A DNA stretch of 49,105 nt from an uncultured Klebsiella sp. Lineage in GTDB: Bacteria > Myxococcota_A > UBA796 > SXON01. The stretch covers positions 1 to 49,105 of the forward strand of contig CAYHRZ010000001.1 in NCBI GenBank assembly GCA_964359125.1, written 5' to 3'. A program made the position numbers and the translations under genes. The notes beneath the pieces were generated by a model. The model did no database searches and had not been told where the DNA came from. It saw only the letters and a program-made list of their open reading frames with translations. Below, one piece after another: positions 43,787 to 49,105 of this stretch. The first letter of the stretch is position 1. Every line of letters starts with the position of its first letter.

Positions 43787-45051
43787 GGGCCGTCGCCGAG
43801 GTCTGTGCGCGGCCGTTCCTCCCCTGTCGGCCCCGCCAACACCGGCCACTGCCGCGGATCGGAGCGCGACATCACAAACAGTAGCGCCACCGACGCCAGG
43901 AAGAACGCGGCTAACTCCGCCACCGATGGCAGCGCGAAGAGCGCGCAGAAGCCGCCGGTGAACAACGCCACCATCGGGAGCAAGACCCGCAAGGTGAACC
44001 GCCACCCGAAGGCGCCGGGGCCGAACAACAGCGCGAGCCCCAGCGAGAGCGCCAGCGCCGCGCCACTCGCCACCGCGACGCTCCACCACCGCACCATGTA
44101 CGCGAGGAAAACGAAGAAGGTGAGGTGTACCGTGGCCATGGTGACCACGTGGATCGGGCTTGGGCGCAGCCTCGCCGACTGGCTGGCGGTGGCGAGTAGC
44201 GCCAGGAACAGGCACAGCGCGCCCGGCGAGTGAGCCATCACCCGGCGCACGTAGGCGAGGTCGGAACGCTGGCTGGCGAAACGCAGGCCGACGTCCTGGG
44301 TGGTCGAGACGTTCGCGAGGTCGATGCGGACCACTGAGCGCCCGTCCTCCACGCCACGCCGTTGGTCCAGGCCAAACCGCAACAGGGAAAAGCGATCCGT
44401 GTCGACGCGGATCTCGGCGCTGAACTTCGGCAAGATGCGGTTTCGGAACGAGGACAGTCGGTAGGTGAATGCGTCGGCGCCCTTGGTGGCCCAGGTGATG
44501 GCCACCTCCACCTCGTCGCCCGGGAACACCTCGGGGACGAGCACGAAGCCGTCGTTGAGTCGAGGACCCGCCACCGGCGTGCCGCCGACGACGACTGTGT
44601 AGTCGGTGAGGATCGACGCCCCCGCGGGCCAGGGAAAACGCACACTCAGCGCCCCCACGTTGGGAGTGTCGTTCTGCACGCGGTAACTATCGGCGTGCTT
44701 GGAAGCGAATGCATTGAAACTGAGCGTGGCGTACTCCTGGTAGGAGTGCTCCACGTCGGCGCTGAGCGTCACCGCCACGACCGGGAGCGTGGCGGAGCGT
44801 GGCTCCGCGACAGTGACCCTCTCCTTCAGCACCGCGTCGGTCTTCTCGACCTGCTCCACCCAGGACAACTCGAAGCTGGGCGGCTCGGCCACGATCTGCC
44901 CACCCCACGACGAGGTGAACTCGGTCCACGCGGCGCCGTAGGAGCTCGCCTCGCCCTCGCCCACCCGGCTACTGGCCACCCACAACACGATGGTGCCGAC
45001 CACCGCGACCAGGCCGAACCACGCCAGCAGCAGCACGCCTCGAAACAGCAT
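43783..45051 (-). CDS. Inner-membrane protein, CreD-like topology
   Basis: 422 aa with an N-terminal TM, a ~250-aa periplasmic domain and 5-6 C-terminal TM segments. The CreD assignment is tentative. Confidence 0.55.
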   Translation of the reverse strand: MLFRGVLLLAWFGLVAVVGTIVLWVASSRVGEGEASSYGAAWTEFTSSWGGQIVAEPPSFELSWVEQVEKTDAVLKERVTVAEPRSATLPVVAVTLSADVEHSYQEYATLSFNAFASKHADSYRVQNDTPNVGALSVRFPWPAGASILTDYTVVVGGTPVAGPRLNDGFVLVPEVFPGDEVEVAITWATKGADAFTYRLSSFRNRILPKFSAEIRVDTDRFSLLRFGLDQRRGVEDGRSVVRIDLANVSTTQDVGLRFASQRSDLAYVRRVMAHSPGALCLFLALLATASQSARLRPSPIHVVTMATVHLTFFVFLAYMVRWWSVAVASGAALALSLGLALLFGPGAFGWRFTLRVLLPMVALFTGGFCALFALPSVAELAAFFLASVALLFVMSRSDPRQWPVLAGPTGEERPRTDLGDGP

Positions 45052-45087
45052 CGCGATACCGTACCATCGATCGAGGAGAGCCGTGCG

Positions 45088-46329
45088 TCAGTCCTCGAAG
45101 CTCTTCACCACCGGCGAGGCCGCCTTCTTGCGACGGGCCGCCGCCTCCCGGGCGCCCTGGGCAGTGGTGGCCCGCCGGGTGCGCGCGTGGCGAACCGGCT
45201 CGCCGGTGTCGAGGGTGCCGCCGGCGGCGAGGCGCTCCACCTGCCCGATCAGGTGGCGGTCGCGGTCGGTGACGAGGTTGAACACACGTCCCTTGCGACC
45301 CATGCGCCCCACCCGTCCGATGCGGTGAACGTAGTCGCTGGCGCGCTCGGGCAACTCCCAGTTCAGGACGAAGCCCAGGTCCAGCATGTCCAGCCCGCGC
45401 CCGGCCAGTTCCGTGGTGACGAGGACCCGTCCCTCCCCCCGGCGAAACCGCTCCAGGGCCTGCTTGCGCTCTCGCGGCAACAGTCCCCCGTGGACGATCA
45501 CCGCCTCGTGGCCGCGCTCTGCCAGGGAGGCCCCGGCGGCATCGGCCGTTTCCCGGCGGTTGCAGAACACGATGCCGCGGACCCGGTCCCCCAGCGAGGT
45601 GAGCAGGTCGCTCGCGGCGTCGGCACGCTGCGCGGGCTTGATGGGGATGTTCTTGGTGACCAGCGTATCGGGGGCGGTGTGGGCGTCTTTGGACCAGAGC
45701 ACGGCCGGCACCACCGGTCGCACCGAGAGCCAGTGGCGGATGGGCTCCGGCAGCGTGGCCGAGGCCCACCAGCACTCCCCGCGTGACGATGCCGCGATCA
45801 CGGCTTCCACGGGGGGGCGTTGCCCGGGAGCGAGCAAGGTGTCGACCTCGTCGATCACCAGGATCCGCACGTCGGAGAGGTCCACCAGGCCCTGCTTGAC
45901 CAGCATCGCCAGCCGCGGCGGGTTCGCCACCAGCACGTCGAAGACCTCGCCCAGGCGGCGCTTTGTGTCTCCGGGCAGCTCGCCGCCGCTCACCAACCGC
46001 ACGCGTAGCCTCGCGGCGTGGGTGAGCGCCTTGAGCGCCCTCGCCGTCTGCACCACCAACTCGCGGGTACTGGTGAGCACGACGCCCCGTGGGCGCGCCG
46101 CCACCGCCTGTGCGCCCTCCTCCTCCTCCACCGCCCGCAGCCGCTGCACCAGAGGCACGCCGTAGGCGTAGGTCTTGCCGGAGCCGGTGCGGGCCACGGC
46201 TACGGCGGCCTTCCCGCCGAGGAACGCGGGGATGGCGAGGCGCTGCACGGGCGAGGGCGTCACCACCTGCACTTTCTGCAAGGCGGCCACGAGTTCCTCG
46301 GCCACGCCGAGGTCGGCGAAGGTGGACAT
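45088..46329 (-). CDS. DEAD-box ATP-dependent RNA helicase (motif II is DEVD)
   Basis: Q-motif region TPSPVQ, ARTGSGKT, VIDEVD, SAT, HRIGRVGRMG. Confidence 0.9.
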   Translation of the reverse strand: MSTFADLGVAEELVAALQKVQVVTPSPVQRLAIPAFLGGKAAVAVARTGSGKTYAYGVPLVQRLRAVEEEEGAQAVAARPRGVVLTSTRELVVQTARALKALTHAARLRVRLVSGGELPGDTKRRLGEVFDVLVANPPRLAMLVKQGLVDLSDVRILVIDEVDTLLAPGQRPPVEAVIAASSRGECWWASATLPEPIRHWLSVRPVVPAVLWSKDAHTAPDTLVTKNIPIKPAQRADAASDLLTSLGDRVRGIVFCNRRETADAAGASLAERGHEAVIVHGGLLPRERKQALERFRRGEGRVLVTTELAGRGLDMLDLGFVLNWELPERASDYVHRIGRVGRMGRKGRVFNLVTDRDRHLIGQVERLAAGGTLDTGEPVRHARTRRATTAQGAREAAARRKKAASPVVKSFED

Positions 46330-46437
46330 CCGCGGCCCCTAGCCGATTTCGCGGGCACCGTGCTATAAACGCGCCGCGCGGGGCGTCGTAGCGGCGCACC
46401 CCCCCACCCCAACGCCGCTCCGCCCCGTGCATTTCCC

Positions 46438-46962
46438 ATGATCCTCCTCGCCGCCCTCGCGCTCGGGAAGTCGCTGGCGGGCGTCTCCCTGCCCGACACG
46501 TCGAGCATCGGCGCCACCCCGGTCGTGCTCAACGGCATCGGCCTCCGGGAGAAGTACTTCATCGACATCTACGTCGGTGGGCTCTACCTGCCCGTGGCCA
46601 GTCGCGAGGCCGCGACGATCATCGCTGCCGACGCGCCCAAACGAGTCGAGATGCACTTCGTGTACCGGGAGATCAGTCGCGACCAGATGATCAGCTCCTT
46701 CCGAGAGGACTTCGGCAACCAGCCCGGCGTGGGCGACAAGACGCAGTACGTCGACACCGTCGTGAGTTGGCTCCCCGCAGCCGTGCGCCAGGGCGACGTG
46801 CTCGCCTTCGAGTACACCCCCGCGACCGGGACCACCTTCCTGCTCAACGGTCGGGCACTCGGGGCCATCCCGGGCCGCGACTTCATGCGGGTCGTCTTCG
46901 GCGTGTACCTGGGCCAGAAGCCACCGACCGCCGCGCTCAAGGCCGGGCTGCTCGGGGGCTAG
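46438..46962 (+). CDS. Chalcone-isomerase-like family secreted protein
   Basis: Signal peptide MILLAALALGKSLAG. LNGIGLREKYFIDIYVGGLYL is typical of bacterial chalcone-isomerase-like proteins. Confidence 0.7.
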   Translation: MILLAALALGKSLAGVSLPDTSSIGATPVVLNGIGLREKYFIDIYVGGLYLPVASREAATIIAADAPKRVEMHFVYREISRDQMISSFREDFGNQPGVGDKTQYVDTVVSWLPAAVRQGDVLAFEYTPATGTTFLLNGRALGAIPGRDFMRVVFGVYLGQKPPTAALKAGLLGG

Positions 46963-47001
46963 CGCAGCGCCGCCACCTCGGCGTCGAAGGCGGCGAGGAC
47001 C

Positions 47002-47259
47002 CTAGCGAGCCCCGGCACCCGAGGCCGGTCGCAAGATCGCGCACACCGCGAGCTGGTGGGCGAGGTCGGCACCGCGACCCGCCGCGGTGGGCCAGCCCCG
47101 CGCGGTGAGGCGGGCGGCCTCGTACAGGTCGATGGCGATGCGCACCTTCACGCCGACCGGCTGTGCTGCACGCCAGGCGGGGTCGAGCCGTGCGGTGGCC
47201 CCCCAGTCGCGGCGGACGTGGGCGCGGAGGCTGGCCGGGTCCAGTTCAGGCAGGGCCAT
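47002..47259 (-). CDS. Hypothetical small protein (85 aa)
   Basis: ORF with an ATG start and acceptable GC3. I recognise no motif, so the call is weak. Confidence 0.35.
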   Translation of the reverse strand: MALPELDPASLRAHVRRDWGATARLDPAWRAAQPVGVKVRIAIDLYEAARLTARGWPTAAGRGADLAHQLAVCAILRPASGAGAR

Positions 47260-47294
47260 CGCGCCACCTCGGCACCCCGGGGTACGATGAGCCG

Positions 47295-48278
47295 ATGCTA
47301 CTCCTCGTCACCTCGGCCCTCGCCCTCGAGTTCAACGTCAACGTGGACCTCCCCCCCGAGGCGGTGGCCGCCGGCCTCGACGCCGACGCCATGGAGGCCG
47401 AGTTGAAGGCCGCCATCGACGAGAAGCTCCACGTGGCCGACATGGGCGGCTACCTCGACCAGATGGCGAACGCGAACCTGCTCTCCGCCAAGGGCATGGG
47501 CGCCGACTACGGCAGCGACATGCAGCGCTTCGCCTTCGGCGGCGCCTTCGGGACGGCGGTCAACGGGGCCGGCCTGAACTTCGACGGCGGCGGCGAGGCC
47601 GTCCCAGAGACCGGCTTCGCCTTGCAGATCGGCATCATGGCGGGGCTCAACCTCGGCGCCTTCTCCGACGAGGACAGCGCGCTCCGCCGGTTCAAGATCT
47701 ACGTGTCGGGCATGAGCGCCACCACCGCCCGCGACCCGCTCGAGGGCACTTTCTTCAACTACGCCGCGCACGCGCAGATCAAGGTGGTGAAGGGGGGAAG
47801 CGTCACCGACCCCGTCCGCTGGGGCGGACTGGACCTCACCAGTGGCTACGAGTTCTCCAGCTACGTGCTCACCCTGGCCCAGGACATGCCGGTCAACTCC
47901 GATCCCCTCACGTGGGACGCCACCGGCACCTACACCCTGTCCGCCGAGGGCACGAGCATTCCGGTGGAAGTCTCGACGAACTTCCACGTGCTGGTGGTCA
48001 CGGCCTGGGTCGGCGCCGCGCTGGACTACAACCTGTCCGGCACGGCCGACAGCGAGGTGGGCGTAGCCGGCCCCATCACCGTTTCCTACGACGGCAAGGA
48101 CGCCGACGCCGGGAGCGCGAGTGTGTCACTGAGCGAGAGCGGCATCGCCGAGACATACACGCCGAGAGCATTCGTAGGACTGCAAGCCGATATCTTCTTC
48201 GTCAAGCTCTACGGACAACTCAACGTCACCCTCGACGAGAGCGTGGGGGGACAGCTCGGCGCGCGGGTGGTTTTCTAG
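47295..48278 (+). CDS. Putative outer-membrane beta-barrel protein
   Basis: Hydrophobic N-terminus, Gly/aromatic-rich alternating strands, C-terminal ...QLGARVVF ending in Phe (beta-signal-like). The start is uncertain. Confidence 0.6.
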   Translation: MLLLVTSALALEFNVNVDLPPEAVAAGLDADAMEAELKAAIDEKLHVADMGGYLDQMANANLLSAKGMGADYGSDMQRFAFGGAFGTAVNGAGLNFDGGGEAVPETGFALQIGIMAGLNLGAFSDEDSALRRFKIYVSGMSATTARDPLEGTFFNYAAHAQIKVVKGGSVTDPVRWGGLDLTSGYEFSSYVLTLAQDMPVNSDPLTWDATGTYTLSAEGTSIPVEVSTNFHVLVVTAWVGAALDYNLSGTADSEVGVAGPITVSYDGKDADAGSASVSLSESGIAETYTPRAFVGLQADIFFVKLYGQLNVTLDESVGGQLGARVVF

Positions 48279-48317
48279 CCCAGGCGCGATTCCCCGCAGC
48301 CCGTGATACGTTGCGGC

Positions 48318-48965
48318 ATGCTTCTCCTCCCCTTCTTCCTCGCCTGCGTTCCCGTCGACGACGGCAAACTCGACGGCAACGACACCAGCGGTGGCACCGA
48401 GCAGTCCGACAGCGGACCGTTGTCCTACGACACCTACGCCTGCGGCTGGGAGAAGCGGGACCCCGGCACGCTGTCGAGCACCGGCAGCAAGGTCGGCGAC
48501 GTGCTCGCCGACGTGGCGTGGATGGACCAGTGCGGCGAAGAAGTGCGCGTCTGGGACATGTACGGGAAGTACTTCATCCTGTTTCTCACTGCCGCCTGGT
48601 GAGGCTCGTGCATCGCGGAGGCCGGTGGCCTCCCAGAGGAAATCGAGAGCTTCCGGGAAGATAACCCGGAGATCCCCTTCGATGGCTTCGTGATCGGACT
48701 CTACGAAGACACGAACTCCAACAACCCCCCCAAGAACCCCGACAAGCTCTCCGTCGACTACGCCGAGGCCACGGACCTCGGGCAGCAACTGCCCGTCACC
48801 TCGGACCTCGACGGCACGATGGACGAGGTGGTGCCCATGGACGGCGGGCGCCCCTTCAAGTGCGCGATGAGCCCCGAGATGGTGATGCTCGACTGCGCGA
48901 GCTCATCCCGCAACAAGCAGGCGTTTGGCGCGATCGAGGATCACTGGGCCGACAACGGCGGCTAG
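48318..48965 (+). CDS. Thioredoxin-fold (TlpA/ResA-like) lipoprotein, candidate selenoprotein with in-frame UGA (Sec) at 48600-48602
   Basis: MLLLPFFLAC lipobox. ...GKYFILFLTAAW-TGA-GSCIAEAGGLPEE... sits where thiol:disulfide oxidoreductases have WCxxC. The frame stays open from 48603 to TAG 48965, joining track ORFs 48303-48602 and 48690-48965, which share one frame. A hairpin lies 14 nt after the TGA. Confidence 0.7.
48617..48633 (+). promoter_or_regulatory. Candidate bacterial SECIS hairpin
   Basis: GGAGGCC-GGT-GGCCTCC: a perfect 7-bp stem with a G-rich GGU apical loop, 17 nt long, starting 14 nt 3' of the in-frame TGA. Confidence 0.6.
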
Positions 48966-48989
48966 GCGGCGGGTACCTGACTTGCCGTG

Positions 48990-49038
48990 GGCGCGATGAA
49001 TCGCGCCACCACGTGCCGGGGCGCCACCACGTGCCGGG
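48990..49038. repeat. Composite element E2: hairpin GGCGCGATGAATCGCGCC + perfect 18-bp tandem duplication (GCGCCACCACGTGCCGGG x2)
   Basis: Hairpin at 48990-49007; tandem units at 49003-49020 and 49021-49038. It lies in a convergent intergenic gap. The reverse complement mirrors E1 at 29730-29779. Confidence 0.75.
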
Positions 49039-49105
49039 GCGCGACCGGAGGGGCGGCCGCGACTACTTCGCCGGCCCCGAGGCCGCCGTCTCCGCCACGT
49101 ACACC

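Noticed and set aside
45760-45900. DEVD instead of DEAD in helicase motif II as a sign of inactivation
   Set aside because: All other helicase motifs are intact, and Asp-Glu-x-Asp variants occur in active family members, so this is not notable by itself.
43553-48602. Genome-wide reassignment of UGA (e.g. code 4 or 25) as the explanation for the two in-frame TGAs
   Set aside because: TGA cleanly terminates many genes here, including aroC, tldD, the LTD gene and four GTGA/ATGA coupled junctions. Their ends match family expectations, so UGA is a normal stop in this organism.
49063-49105. Minus-strand coding sequence entering from the right edge (...VYVAETAASGPAK*)
   Set aside because: Only 13 codons are visible, which is too short to support a call.

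Overview
49.1-kb, gene-dense, very GC-rich (by eye about 70%) bacterial chromosomal segment. MYXO-CTERM-like tails (Cys + TM helix + Arg run), many lipobox lipoproteins, MopE-like Cys-rich repeats with FG-GAP repeats, and frequent GTGA/ATGA start-stop overlaps suggest Myxococcota or a close relative (inference). I call about 50 protein genes and found no rRNA, tRNA, CRISPR array or transposase. Housekeeping and metabolic genes: aroC, tldD/pmbA, a PlsC-family acyltransferase, psd, a fatty-acid hydroxylase, an Nfu-type Fe-S protein, a Nudix protein, an RsmB-like methyltransferase, a DEAD-box helicase, an SRAP peptidase and a gamma-carbonic-anhydrase-like protein. There is also a xanthine-dehydrogenase-family molybdoenzyme and an operon of a TAT small subunit, GMC flavoprotein, MopB molybdoenzyme, SRPBCC protein and agmatinase-like protein. 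Accessory content is vapBC, a DUF222/HNH endonuclease, an orphan VapB-like gene and two large FG-GAP lipoproteins. Main second-look items: (1) a ~3-kb, four-gene cassette (120-aa protein, 638-aa Cys-rich HExxH protein, two paralogous small Cys-rich lipoproteins) that I cannot assign to a family, inserted between psd and its neighbour and bracketed by ~125-bp direct repeats duplicating the psd 3' end. (2) A lipoprotein thioredoxin-fold gene with an in-frame TGA in a W-U-G-S-C motif, followed 14 nt later by a perfect 17-nt hairpin, so a selenoprotein candidate. (3) Five copies of a CCCACGTGGG-centred ~30-nt repeat around the HNH gene, plus a dispersed GCGCGAT-KMA-TCGCGC hairpin family. (4) An FAD subunit with a 4-Cys loop spaced as in 4-hydroxybenzoyl-CoA reductase. 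(5) A second in-frame TGA separating a lipoprotein from its sorting tail. (6) Sharp rare-codon, AT-rich patches with GATAC/GTATC inverted repeats inside conserved genes. All functional calls rest on motif recognition by eye; no database search was run.
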